The notes under the pieces are model-generated. The model was not told where the DNA came from and ran no database searches. It was given only the letters and a program-made list of their open reading frames with translations. From assembly GCA_042408215.1 (NCBI GenBank), contig JAYFMW010000003.1, positions 320,001-384,000 of the forward strand: DNA of 64,000 nt. The letters run 5' to 3'. This DNA comes from Microcoleus sp. Its GTDB lineage: Bacteria > Cyanobacteriota > Cyanobacteriia > Cyanobacteriales > Microcoleaceae. Shown piece after piece: positions 1 to 9,493 of this stretch. The position numbers and the translations under genes are program-made. The number at the start of each line of letters is the position of its first letter. Positions within the stretch are counted from its first letter, which is position 1.

Positions 1-312
1 TTCCACTGTAGATTGAATCTGTTGTGGGGGGGGGTTCTTGCTGGCCCAAAGCAACAGGCAAGATGCCTGTTCCACTCGAAATTGAATCTGTTGTGGGGGG
101 GGGTTCTTGCTGGCCCAAGGCAACAGGCAAGATGCCTGTTCCACTGTAGATTGAATCTGTTGTGGGGGGGGGTTCTTGCTGGCCCAAAGCAACAGGCAAG
201 ATGCCTGTTCCACTCGAAATTGAATCTGTTGTGGGGGGGGGTTCTTGCTGGCCCAAAGCAACAGGCAAGATGCCTGTTCCACTGTAGATTGAATCTGTTG
301 TGGGGGGTTCTT
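1..312. repeat. 69-bp tandem repeat, about 4.5 copies, in frame within polA
   Basis: Units start at 1, 70, 139, 208 and 277 (TTCCAC..TTGAATCTGTTGT-G9-TTCTTGCTGGCCCAA.GCAACAGGCAAGATGCCTG). TGTAGA and TCGAAA variants alternate. Confidence 0.95.
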
Positions 313-1276
313 GTCCGCTCTTTTCTAATGGTTCTTCTACACCACCGAACCGTTTTTGAATTTGTTGGACTTTGCTTAAAAATGTCTTAAATTCTAATTT
401 TTCTAGCATCGGTATCAATGCTACTTCGTCAAAACCTTTGAGCTGGCAATCTGCTAAGTTAATTTCTAGGGGAACGTCTTGGACAATTGTCGCCATGCGC
501 TGAGAATGATAGGCTGCTTCTTTGCCTTCTTCTAACTTTTTCTTAGTTGCGCCTTTCAGCTCGTCTATAGCAGCATAAATTCCGTCGAGAGTTTTGTAAG
601 CATCCAACAGTTGAATAGCGGTTTTGTCGCCAATGCCTTTGACTCCGGGAATGTTGTCGGATTTGTCGCCGCACAAAGCTTTGTAATCTATTACTTGTTC
701 TGGTAAAATACCGAGTTTTTCTTTGACTTGTTCGGGGCCGTATTCTTGGGATTTGCCTTTTCCCGATCGCCTTAATTCATCTGTACTCAAATATAAAACA
801 CTAATCAGTTTTTCGGTGTCTACTAATTGAAACAAATCTCGATCGCCCGTGAGGATTTTGACCCGATAACCCGCCGCACTGGCTTTGTTGGCCAAAGTTC
901 CCAAAACATCGTCCGCCTCGTAGCCTGGAGCGGTGATTGCTGGTAAGTTGAAATAGCCGAGGAGTTCTTGCAGGTTTTTGAGATCGGGGATAAAGTCTTC
1001 TGGTGTTTCAGCCCGACCGGCTTTGTAGGTGTCGTCGGCTTCGTGGCGAAATGTGGGTGTGGCGGTGTCAAAGGCGATCGCCATGTACTGGGGGTCGTGG
1101 GTGGCCATTACTTCCAGCAGCGACTTGAGAAAGCCAAAACAGACGCTGGTGGGAATGCCGGTGCTAGTTCGCAAACCCCCATCCCGCCCTTTAGCAAAGC
1201 CGAAGTAAGAGCGAAAGGCCAGGGAGTGGCCGTCAACTAGGATGAAGGTGGGTGTTTGATTTGCCGACACAGACAC
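1..1276 (-). CDS. polA: DNA polymerase I, 5' part (5'-3' exonuclease domain plus repeat-containing linker); runs off the window start
   Basis: Manual minus-strand translation from GTG 1276/1270 reads TFILVDGHSLAFRSYF...GIPTSVCFGFLKSL...PTFRHEADDTYKAGR...GYEADDVLGTLA...ILTGDRDLFQL...KALCGDKSDNIPGVKGIGDKTA. There is no stop down to position 1, so it is absent from the ORF track. Confidence 0.96.
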   Translation of the reverse strand, partial: MSVSANQTPTFILVDGHSLAFRSYFGFAKGRDGGLRTSTGIPTSVCFGFLKSLLEVMATHDPQYMAIAFDTATPTFRHEADDTYKAGRAETPEDFIPDLKNLQELLGYFNLPAITAPGYEADDVLGTLANKASAAGYRVKILTGDRDLFQLVDTEKLISVLYLSTDELRRSGKGKSQEYGPEQVKEKLGILPEQVIDYKALCGDKSDNIPGVKGIGDKTAIQLLDAYKTLDGIYAAIDELKGATKKKLEEGKEAAYHSQRMATIVQDVPLEINLADCQLKGFDEVALIPMLEKLEFKTFLSKVQQIQKRFGGVEEPLEKSGQEPPTTDSIYSGTGILPVALGQQEPPPTTDSISSGTGILPVALGQQEPPPTTDSIYSGTGILPVALGQQEPPPTTDSISSGTGILPVALGQQEPPPTTDSIYSG

Positions 1277-1428
1277 GGTTATCGATCGCACGAAAGTATT
1301 TTCTCATTGTACTGTCACAATTGGCAGTCCGACAGGGCTTGATTGAGCGCGGATTGTGCAGCTTGCCTGAGAATAGTGGAAGATATGGAGTACGATCGCA
1401 CTTTTTCCCGCACTCGCGATCGAAGCTT

Positions 1429-2748
1429 ATGGCTGACATTAACCGATTTTACGAAATCCTCGAAATTGAGCCTGGAGCTTCTTTAGCAGAAATTCACCAC
1501 GCTTACAGGGATTTAGCCTTTGTGTGGCATCCCGATCGCTTTGCCCACAATCCTCGTTTGCAACAGAAAGCTCAACAAAGATTAACAGAAATTAATCAAG
1601 CTTACGAGCAGTTGGTGTTTTTTCTGAGTCAGCCTGAATTAAGTTCCATCGAACCCGATTTGCCGCAGCCGTCTCCTGCACCAGTACCTGAAATACTGAA
1701 CAGAAGAGGCTTGAGAAAGCCAGCAAGCAGGGGCGGTAGCAAAAAAAGCAAAATCAGCCCAAACCCTACCTCGAACAGCAAGAAACGATTTTCAACGGTC
1801 AACTCAAAGTCGCGAAACGTTGCCAGCTCCGCGCGACAATCTCAAAACTATCCAAACCCTACATCCCCAAGCCAGCAACGATTTTCAACTCAAAACTCTT
1901 CCAAGCCGATCGCGAAAACTAAGAAACGATTTTCAACTCAACACTCAGGGTACGCACGGGGGTACAGCCCCTACAGCACTCAAAACTATTCAATGTTCCC
2001 GATCGGCCCGCTGGCGATCGCAGTTGGGAGTTACGCTTTGACAGGCTGGATTTTGACGAAATCTGACGCCCCGCTGTGGATGTTGAGTTTAATCTGCGGT
2101 GCTGATTGGCTGTGGGCGGCGATTTTGGTGGCGGAGGGCTCAGCAACATCTGAAGTTTGGCTGGTGGCTTTAGTTTTGGCTGGGGCGGTGGGGGGCGCGA
2201 TCGCGGGAAATCAGGCGGGTGGTATGGTGACAGCGGTGGCTTGGGCGCTGGTAGGGGCTGGCTTGGGGGCGATCGCCAGTTTTGAGGCCGAGTCTAGGGC
2301 TGTGGCGGGAGTGTTGGCGGTGGCGTCGGTGGTGACAGTAGCGGGATTGATGGCGGGCACGGGTTCTCTTAATTGGGTGAGGGCGGTGGTTGAGGCGCTG
2401 TGTTGGGGGATTGCTGGCTTGATCTGTGGGCTAGCGGTGGAAGTAACTGTTAATTCCAGGGGCTCTGCGGGGCTTGGAGGTTTGATCGGGCTGGCGATTG
2501 GTACAACGGTTGGGATTGTTGCTGGGGCGGGTGTGGGTGCGATCGTCCAAGCTTTAGCCATCGCCGGCTCTAAGGGTATTTATGGGGCTTGGGCGGCGAT
2601 CGGAGTTATTGCTGGAGCGATCGCCAGGATGGTGGCTGGGGAAAGGTCGATCGGCTGTAGCAACGGGCTTTACACGTTTATCCTGTTGGTAGCAACTTCC
2701 GGTTTTGGACTGTGGCTGGGAAATTGGTTAGTCGATCGATTTTTTTGA
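1429..2748 (+). CDS. J-domain (DnaJ type III) protein with a Gly/Ala-rich hydrophobic C-terminus
   Basis: FYEILEIEPGAS...AYRDLAFVWHPDRF...EINQAYEQL contains the HPD motif; multiple hydrophobic segments follow. ATG 1429 is preferred over 1252, which overlaps polA. Confidence 0.85.
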   Translation: MADINRFYEILEIEPGASLAEIHHAYRDLAFVWHPDRFAHNPRLQQKAQQRLTEINQAYEQLVFFLSQPELSSIEPDLPQPSPAPVPEILNRRGLRKPASRGGSKKSKISPNPTSNSKKRFSTVNSKSRNVASSARQSQNYPNPTSPSQQRFSTQNSSKPIAKTKKRFSTQHSGYARGYSPYSTQNYSMFPIGPLAIAVGSYALTGWILTKSDAPLWMLSLICGADWLWAAILVAEGSATSEVWLVALVLAGAVGGAIAGNQAGGMVTAVAWALVGAGLGAIASFEAESRAVAGVLAVASVVTVAGLMAGTGSLNWVRAVVEALCWGIAGLICGLAVEVTVNSRGSAGLGGLIGLAIGTTVGIVAGAGVGAIVQALAIAGSKGIYGAWAAIGVIAGAIARMVAGERSIGCSNGLYTFILLVATSGFGLWLGNWLVDRFF

Positions 2749-2878
2749 ACTCTGCCGTGTCCCTGTAGGGACTGTAGGGACACGGCACTGCCGTGTCCCT
2801 ACCGGACATCTGTACTTCACTCAACTGAGAAATGCTATACAAACTATTGATGCTGATGGTGACCGGACTTAATCTTAA

Positions 2879-3616
2879 TTACTGGTTTTGGACATTACCA
2901 GCGTGCAAACCACACTCTTTTAAAGTCGCTTCTTCCCACCACCAACGGCCTTCGCGTTCGTGTTGGTTGGGCAATACTGCTCTGGTGCAGGGTTCGCAAC
3001 CAATGCTGATAAAGCCGCGTTCGTGCAATTTGTTGTAAGGCACTTCTAAAGCTCGAATGTATTCCCAAACCTCGGCGGAAGACCAATTTGCTAAGGGGTT
3101 TAATTTAATTAATTGATGGTCTTCAGTTGAGAAAGCAGTGTCAATTTCAATGACAGGAATATAGTTGCGGGTGCTGGGACTTTGGTCTTTGCGCTGACCG
3201 GTAATCCAAGCATCAAGGGTATTGAGTTTGCGGCGTAGGGGCCTGACTTTTCGGACACCACAACATTCTTTGTGTCCGTCTTGATAGAAACTAAACAATC
3301 CCTTGGCTTCTACGAGGGCTTGTACTTCCGCTGTATCGGGATACATTACTTCTAATTTAATACCGTAATGTTCTCTGACTTGTTCCAAAAACTGATAGGT
3401 TTCTGCGTGCAAACGTCCGGTATCGAGAGTGAAAACTCGGAAATCTTTGGTAATTTTTGAAGCAATATCGATGAGGACAACATCTTCAGCGCCGCTGAAG
3501 GAAATCGAGATATTATCAAAAGTTTCAAGGGCAAATTTGAGAATTTCTCGCGGTGTTGTTTGGCTGTATTTTGCTTCCTGGGCAGCAATATCTAATTTTG
3601 TCTGGGTAGCGACCAT
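2879..3616 (-). CDS. cysH: Adenylylsulfate/phosphoadenylylsulfate reductase
   Basis: SFSGAED, LDTGRLH, ECCGVRKV, WITGQRKDQS, SIGCEPCT, REGRWWWE and C-terminal ECGLH motifs. Confidence 0.95.
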   Translation of the reverse strand: MVATQTKLDIAAQEAKYSQTTPREILKFALETFDNISISFSGAEDVVLIDIASKITKDFRVFTLDTGRLHAETYQFLEQVREHYGIKLEVMYPDTAEVQALVEAKGLFSFYQDGHKECCGVRKVRPLRRKLNTLDAWITGQRKDQSPSTRNYIPVIEIDTAFSTEDHQLIKLNPLANWSSAEVWEYIRALEVPYNKLHERGFISIGCEPCTRAVLPNQHEREGRWWWEEATLKECGLHAGNVQNQ

Positions 3617-3954
3617 ATCTTCGTGTTCTCCGTGTTCTCGATCTTTGTAACTTTGAATTGTACTCGATCGGGGATACAGGCCGATCGATAAATTTTACGG
3701 TGAGAATGGTCGATCGACAAATCGGAGCACGAGTCAGCGGTTCAACAGTCACGCTTGCGATTGAAATCGCGTCTACACAAACGAAGTCCGCGCAACGCGA
3801 GACTGAAGAGAAGAGAGGGGATTTGGTATAGTGCGATCGTCGCGATCGGTGGTGTCGATCGCGAAATCCAGATTTTGTCACTGGTTTCGAGTAGTGATGC
3901 GATATAATTTAGAGCAAACCGGTAAACGGCTATTAGCAAAAAAAATTAATTACC

Positions 3955-4176
3955 ATGAACATTGCAGAGCTCAAGACAGCAGTAAGGGAACTTCCAGAAC
4001 ATGAACTCGCAGAGTTTATCGAATGGATTGAAGAATTTCAAGAAGCTCTCGCCGATCGCGAATGGATCGACTCTGTACGAGTTAAGATAGATGCTGCGGT
4101 TGCCATGTCCGAACATACTCCACCGATTGATGGCGAAACTTTTATTGCAGGGATTTGCGATCGTTTCCCAAAATAG
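3955..4176 (+). CDS. Small hypothetical protein, possibly antitoxin-like
   Basis: 73-aa ATG ORF in a TA-rich region; family not securely recognised. Confidence 0.45.
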   Translation: MNIAELKTAVRELPEHELAEFIEWIEEFQEALADREWIDSVRVKIDAAVAMSEHTPPIDGETFIAGICDRFPK

Positions 4177-4220
4177 CTTGTAGGCTGGGTTATTACTTTC
4201 ATCCCCAGATGGAGGCAATT

Positions 4221-4508
4221 TCATTCTTGTTCTTCATCGATCGAATCAGATTCATTCGTCGCCTTATTGTCACTATTTGACTCTTCGACTGTGCTGGTAT
4301 TTTGATGGATATTTTCCGATAAACTCGCCTGTTTTAACAAGTGTCTGAGTAATCCAACTTTTAAAGATTTATTACCGTGAATTGGCACAGAAATTCGGAT
4401 TTAACTTCCAGCTTTCCCGTAGATGTGATGACTACCTTGAACTCTTAATAATATCCAGTCATTACGCTCTAGCAGCTTTGCTAACTGTTTGCCAGACATG
4501 GAGTTCAT
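4221..4508 (-). pseudogene. hicA: HicA-family toxin with an internal stop
   Basis: Manual translation MNSMSGKQLAKLLERNDWILLRVQGSHHIYGKAGS*IRISVPIHGNKSLKVGLLRHLLKQA; TAA at 4401-4403; ATGA overlap with hicB. Confidence 0.85.
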
Positions 4509-4708
4509 ATCGCAATATCCATAATTTTGTCTCGCTCATTTGTCTCGATAGATTCAATATCAACACTAAGGCAACCTTCGATTGCGACCTAGAGGTTTTG
4601 CAGCAGTTCCTCGAAGGTTTCTCCCTCAGTTGCACAGCCAGGAATAGCGGGAACTTCTGCCCAGTATCCGCCTTCTTCTGCTTCGTGGATGATAATTTTG
4701 ATTTTCAA
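4505..4708 (-). pseudogene. hicB: HicB-family antitoxin with an internal stop
   Basis: Manual translation (TTG start, GGAG RBS) KIKIIIHEAEEGGYWAEVPAIPGCATEGETFEELLQNL*VAIEGCL; TAG at 4589-4591. Confidence 0.85.
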
Positions 4709-4761
4709 TTGATTCTCCTAATTTATTCTCAAAACTTACCTCTTTATTACTATACCAGACT

Positions 4762-5274
4762 TTACTCCTCCAAGTCCACCTGTTTAACCTGCTCTAAAGG
4801 TATATCTAGCGCTTCTGCAATTTGCTCGTCACTCAAGCCAAACTGCCGTAATTTATCTATTGTTTCAATCTTAGTTGGATTTTTGTTTTCCTCCTGTAAG
4901 TCGGGAGTTTTAGGCTGACTTATATCTGGGGTAGGAGTTGCTTGTTCGGAACCCATGTTTACACAGCCGATTATATGATTACTATTAAAACTTCGAGCGC
5001 CCAAATAAATATTTAGATCGCCTTGGCGTTCTATGACAGATTTAAGGTTTTTTTTATCAACTTCTTCATCAAAGATATCAGATAGCATTTGCAAAAGCTC
5101 GTAACCGACATCCTTAGCATGACCCGCTGAACAACCACAATTTTCTGCAATGTCATCATACTTTTGACGCTTCAGCGTGCCTTCGATAATTCCGCGCTGT
5201 AAGTCATTTAAACGTTTGCGTGTCTTGGCGTAGACAGCCTTATCGACAAATTGCAATATCTGAGGAGTGTCCAT
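4762..5274 (-). CDS. Winged-helix protein resembling the N-terminal HTH of cyanobacterial NB-ARC/vWA-MoxR-associated proteins, with a short C-terminal HTH-like tail
   Basis: KRLNDLQRGIIEGTLKRQKYDDIAENCGCSAGHAKDVGYELLQMLSDIFDEEVDKKN; tail GLSDEQIAEALDIPLEQV. Confidence 0.7.
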   Translation of the reverse strand: MDTPQILQFVDKAVYAKTRKRLNDLQRGIIEGTLKRQKYDDIAENCGCSAGHAKDVGYELLQMLSDIFDEEVDKKNLKSVIERQGDLNIYLGARSFNSNHIIGCVNMGSEQATPTPDISQPKTPDLQEENKNPTKIETIDKLRQFGLSDEQIAEALDIPLEQVKQVDLEE

Positions 5275-5477
5275 AGGTGGGATGGTGGGATAATTTTAGT
5301 TACTATACCAAACTTTTTCCAACTTTTTCCAACTTTTTGAGCTTCGCATCCCAATTTTAGGAAGTTCCAACTTTTTCCAACTTTTTTGGCTTTACAGGGT
5401 TGGTGCGATCGGTCTAGCATGGATGAGTCCGACACAAGCATCTTACTACACAAGCATCTTACTACAGTGTTTGCCAA

Positions 5478-5644
5478 TCAGCTTAAACCCTTTTCTAGCT
5501 AAGCCTTTACGCTGCTTGTTATTCCGTCAGCAACCATAAGTTTCCTGTACCACAAATTAACTGTCGAAAAGTTCGGAAATGCAGTTTGCGCCGATGTATA
5601 GATATTTAAGGCCTGATAAAAATTCGTTAGAAGGAAGTAACTAG
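5478..5644 (+). repeat. Duplicated ~167-bp leader, copy 1
   Basis: About 85% identical by eye to 6528-6695; ends in an AAGGAAG RBS before GTG. Confidence 0.9.
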
Positions 5645-6460
5645 GTGAAATCTAAGTGGACTGTTTATATCGGTATTTCGCTCTCTGTTTTAGCTATTAT
5701 AGTAGCTGTAACCACTCCCGAAGTTCGTTATCGTTTGGGACTTGAGACTAATCCATCTCCTAAAAATGCTGAAATCAAAGAGGTTCCTGCTCCTAAAGAT
5801 GCTGAAATCAAAGAGGTTCCTGTCATGGTTAGAACTGAATCTTTAGAACCTCTTGCAAGTGTTAACGTTGAATTTACATCGCAGAGAGGGCCAGCGACAG
5901 GATTAACTGATTCAAATGGCTACATCATAGTAAAAATACCTAGCACAAGAGATTTACAAATCACGCTGAGGAAAGAGGGATTTGAAACAATTAGTGAGAC
6001 AGTAGATCTAAAAGAAGATTCAGTCTTAACAAAAAAGTATATATTAAAAAAAAACCAAATAAAGGCTGATTTAAGAAGTTGCCGTGCAAACACTTGCACA
6101 GGACGTGCTCCCAAAAATCTTTGCGATCAAGACATGAGTATTTACACTACCGAACTCGTAAGTTTTCCAGAGTTAGGAGAAAAGTTCAAGAATCTAAATC
6201 TTGAGATAAAATACTCCGATAAATGTCATGCTCGTTGGGTCAAGATGCCAACAGTGCCTGGTGCAACGATTTATTTTGAGGGCAAAGATGGTGCAAAGAC
6301 TTACTTTGATGGCACAGATAAAAAACCATATCCGTCTCTGCGTATGCAAGAGGATTATCCAGAACCTCAAGTTACCGGTATGTTGTCTGGAGATATACCA
6401 TATACTCGAGCTTGCGTAAGTCGTCCAGGAAAAGATCCTCAATGTACAAGTCCTGAATAA
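5645..6460 (+). CDS. Membrane-anchored or exported protein with a PEGA/carboxypeptidase-regulatory-like domain and a C-terminal Cys-rich DUF2690-like domain
   Basis: N-terminal hydrophobic helix; TDSNGY...ITLRKEGFETI; CTGRAPKNLCDQD...LEIKYSDKCHARW. Confidence 0.6.
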   Translation: MKSKWTVYIGISLSVLAIIVAVTTPEVRYRLGLETNPSPKNAEIKEVPAPKDAEIKEVPVMVRTESLEPLASVNVEFTSQRGPATGLTDSNGYIIVKIPSTRDLQITLRKEGFETISETVDLKEDSVLTKKYILKKNQIKADLRSCRANTCTGRAPKNLCDQDMSIYTTELVSFPELGEKFKNLNLEIKYSDKCHARWVKMPTVPGATIYFEGKDGAKTYFDGTDKKPYPSLRMQEDYPEPQVTGMLSGDIPYTRACVSRPGKDPQCTSPE

Positions 6461-6527
6461 AGATGAGCGATCGCCTTACCAAAAAAAACTAAAGTGCGAT
6501 CGCCTGCCTCTATTTTTTTGAATTCGC

Positions 6528-6695
6528 TCAGCTTAAACCCTTTTCTCGATTAGCTTTCACGCTGCTTGTTACTCCGTCAGCAACCATAACTTTCCTGTAT
6601 CACAAATTAATTATCGAAAATTTCCGAAATGCACTTCGCACCGATGTATGGATATTTAAGGCATCATAAACAATTAGTTATAAGGAAGTAAATCA
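6528..6695 (+). repeat. Duplicated ~167-bp leader, copy 2
   Basis: Aligns along its length with 5478-5644. Confidence 0.9.
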
Positions 6696-7562
6696 GTGAA
6701 ATTTAAGTGGAATATTTACATCGGTTCCATCACTATTTTTCTGGCAATAATAGGTATTGTAGTAGCTGTTACCATACCCGAAGTTCGTCGTCTTATTGGA
6801 TTAGAAACCAATCAACCTCCTGAAATGAAAGAGGTTGAGCTCATCGTTAAAAGTGAATCTCTACAACCTCTTTTAAATGTTAACGTTGAATTCAAATCTC
6901 TGGGACCGCCAGAGACAAAAGACACTGATTCAAGGGGCTATGCAAAAATTAGAATACCTAGCACAACAGATGTACAAATCACACTGATGAAAGAGGGATT
7001 TGTACCAATTACTCAGGTAATTGATCTTAAAAAAGATCCAGTTTTAACAAGGACGTATACGTTAAAGAGTATCTCAGCCTCTACGCCGCAAACACATCCT
7101 GATAAACCAAATCCTGTCCCACTTAGCCCTCCTCCTACGGAACTTTCACCTAATCCAGTCTCTCCTATCTCGGCGAAGCCACCAAAAGTCGAGTGTAAAA
7201 CTTTTGGTGGTACCTTAGCCAGTGAGGGCGAATACACAGAGATAATTCCTGTTGCAAATAAAGCCGAAAAACCTGTATCAAGATTATATGTTACTGGAAA
7301 CAATCCTCGGTTGGTTGTGTGTCAAATTCAGAAAAGTTTTGGTGAGCTTCCTTTAGCATATGCCTTACCTGAAAATTCGCAATTGGATAGTATAGTAGCT
7401 AAAGTCTACATTGACGGAAAGTTACGAAAGAATATTGATTTGAATCGTGGTGAAGCATTGAGAGAAAAAATAGACATTAACGGTGCTTCAACATACAAAC
7501 TGGAGTTTAGTCTGCCTGATAAGTCAGACAAAAGTGACTATATTTATGCTCTTGAAAAGTAG
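6696..7562 (+). CDS. Paralogue of 5645..6460 with a Pro-rich linker and a different C-terminal beta-rich domain
   Basis: Shared N-terminus (VAVTxPEVR..GLETN, LxxVNVEF, TDSxGY, IPST, KEGF); the C-terminus is unrelated. Confidence 0.7.
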   Translation: MKFKWNIYIGSITIFLAIIGIVVAVTIPEVRRLIGLETNQPPEMKEVELIVKSESLQPLLNVNVEFKSLGPPETKDTDSRGYAKIRIPSTTDVQITLMKEGFVPITQVIDLKKDPVLTRTYTLKSISASTPQTHPDKPNPVPLSPPPTELSPNPVSPISAKPPKVECKTFGGTLASEGEYTEIIPVANKAEKPVSRLYVTGNNPRLVVCQIQKSFGELPLAYALPENSQLDSIVAKVYIDGKLRKNIDLNRGEALREKIDINGASTYKLEFSLPDKSDKSDYIYALEK

Positions 7563-7674
7563 AATATGGGTCTAACCAGAAGCTAAAAGTAAACAACGTA
7601 ACTGCAAATGCGATCGCCCTTACCAAAAAACTAAGGGCGATCGCCTTTCTGATTCGTCGCTAATCATGCTCGAA

Positions 7675-8121
7675 TCAGGTTGATAACAAACCTTTTCCCA
7701 CAATCTCTCTAATTTCTCTAACAAATTCTGCTGGAGTTTGAATGCTCAACCCGCTTTGTGCAGCAACTTCAGCCGTAAAATCCTTAGTATTTAAGCTCAA
7801 AAGGCGATCGACATTTGCCAAAACAGCCGCAGCTAAAATCGGGGTATCTTTAGCTTCAATAATAGCCGCCCACCGCGATGATTCTTCTAGTGATGGATCG
7901 GGTAGAATTTCCGGGTTAATAGTAGCTAGCAACTCTGTAAAAATTGGCAAAGCGGCAGGTATCTTTTTGCGTATATTGCGATCGCACTCCTCCAAAACTT
8001 GCTCAGATACAACCAACTTAAAAAGACCTATTTCCGCCATTGTCAGCACAGCACGACTAGCTCCAGTTCGCGATCCGCATCCGGCAATTAACACGCTGGA
8101 ATCCGCAAATATCCTACGCAT
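7675..8121 (-). CDS. PIN-domain toxin (VapC-like)
   Basis: IFADSSVLIA, SEQVLEE, KDTPILAAA and LSLNTKDF PIN motifs; ATG at 8121 overlaps the upstream stop. Confidence 0.85.
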   Translation of the reverse strand: MRRIFADSSVLIAGCGSRTGASRAVLTMAEIGLFKLVVSEQVLEECDRNIRKKIPAALPIFTELLATINPEILPDPSLEESSRWAAIIEAKDTPILAAAVLANVDRLLSLNTKDFTAEVAAQSGLSIQTPAEFVREIREIVGKGLLST

Positions 8122-8420
8122 CAAGACTGTTTCTCCTGCCAAATCGCCTCTCTCTCAGCTTCTAAACCCACCAATAAATCAGTCAATTCCAGATTTTCAT
8201 TTTCCATAATAGTTGCAATCCGATCGATTAGTTGCGGAGCTTGAGGTTGTTTGGGAACAAGCAAAATCAGATTACCTATTTGGAGTAGCACCAGCATATC
8301 TCCCTGATTAACATTGAGAGAATCTTGTAATAACTGGGGAATGGTAATTTCCCCTCCCTGTCCCAGAAGAATCTGGAATTGTTGAATTTCTAGATCCGTT
8401 TCTTGTGAAGTTATTGTCAC
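8121..8420 (-). CDS. AbrB/MazE-type antitoxin
   Basis: GQGGEITIPQLLQDSLNVNQGD signature; directly upstream of the PIN gene. Confidence 0.75.
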   Translation of the reverse strand: MTITSQETDLEIQQFQILLGQGGEITIPQLLQDSLNVNQGDMLVLLQIGNLILLVPKQPQAPQLIDRIATIMENENLELTDLLVGLEAEREAIWQEKQS

Positions 8421-8566
8421 GACCTTAACCTCAGCCTTTAGTGTTTGAATTTCAAGACTTCCTATTATAGCAATTTTTGGGCATTTTTTGTGAAACTCCC
8501 CTGGAAGTTGTCATTACTACGTTAAGCTGCTACCGTTAACATAGACGCATCGTAGGAAAACAACCG

Positions 8567-8767
8567 ATGACACTAACAGAATTACTCCCTACCATTAGAC
8601 AACTGTCTGCGATCGAGAAACGAGAGTTAATCCGCATTCTAATGGCGGAAGAGGATATCAGTGATGAACGCGCGTGGAAGGCTCAATTTGAAGCTACAAC
8701 AGATGCTCAGTGGGATAGTCTAACTGAAATAGTACGTCAGGAAATCGCTGCTGATATAATACTTTAA
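8567..8767 (+). CDS. Small hypothetical protein
   Basis: AGGA RBS plus ATG; MTLTELLPTIRQLSAIEKRELIRIL is typical of small TA-associated cyanobacterial proteins. Confidence 0.55.
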   Translation: MTLTELLPTIRQLSAIEKRELIRILMAEEDISDERAWKAQFEATTDAQWDSLTEIVRQEIAADIIL

Positions 8768-8852
8768 GTTCTAAGTATTAGGCTTAAGAGCGATCGCCCT
8801 TACCAGAAAAAAGCCCGTGAAGCGCAGCTATCCCGTAGGGAATCGCCCGCAG

Positions 8853-9248
8853 CTACCAAATCGTTTTAACGTGAGGATAGCTCAGAATTTTCTCATCGCA
8901 AGTAACCAACGAAATATCATACCGCCGCGCGATCGCTACTAAAATGCGATCTGCTGGATCTTTGTGAAAATCCCCTGGAAGTTGCGTACTTTCGATCGCA
9001 TCCAGCGGATTTAATGGCTCAATAACTATACCTGAATGAGTTCTAGCTTGTGCGTACCACTGTGCTATGGGCAACGGCAAAGTAAGCTTCCCCAGACTCG
9101 ATTTCACGGCTATTTCCCAAACGGAAATTGCAGAAACCAATAAACCGTTTTGGCTTTCCTCAGCCTCGATCGCACGATTTGCCGCCACAGACAAATTACT
9201 CGGATCGTGCAGCAGCCAAAGCCAAATATGTGTATCCAGTAAAATCAT
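8853..9248 (-). CDS. vapC: VapC-family PIN toxin
   Basis: MILLDTHIWLW, VSAISVWEIAVK, HKDPADRILVA, LVTCD. Confidence 0.92.
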   Translation of the reverse strand: MILLDTHIWLWLLHDPSNLSVAANRAIEAEESQNGLLVSAISVWEIAVKSSLGKLTLPLPIAQWYAQARTHSGIVIEPLNPLDAIESTQLPGDFHKDPADRILVAIARRYDISLVTCDEKILSYPHVKTIW

Positions 9249-9493
9249 GTACCCAGCGCATCCCATAAATCTGACATCGGCTCATCAAAATCCTCGGCAA
9301 TTACCAACGGCATCCCGCGCAGAGGATAATGCTTTTGCGCTGTCAATCCAGCACTCGAAATCTCAGCTAAATCGATAGACAGAGAAGGCTCATACTGCGA
9401 CAACCGTGTCTGACGCAAAAAACTCAATAGCACCTGAAGTACATCATCTGATGCTTGCTCAATCTCATGGATTAGTTCTTCCCGGATTGTCAC
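9245..9493 (-). CDS. Antitoxin, DUF2281-like
   Basis: C-terminal PLRGMPLVIAEDFDEPM; ATGA overlap with vapC. Confidence 0.75.
   Translation of the reverse strand: MTIREELIHEIEQASDDVLQVLLSFLRQTRLSQYEPSLSIDLAEISSAGLTAQKHYPLRGMPLVIAEDFDEPMSDLWDALGT

Noticed and set aside
13..390. 125-aa plus-strand repeat ORF
   Set aside because: It is antisense to the open polA frame.
4382..4918. 178-aa plus-strand ORF
   Set aside because: It is antisense to the recognisable hicB/hicA pseudogenes and the wHTH gene.
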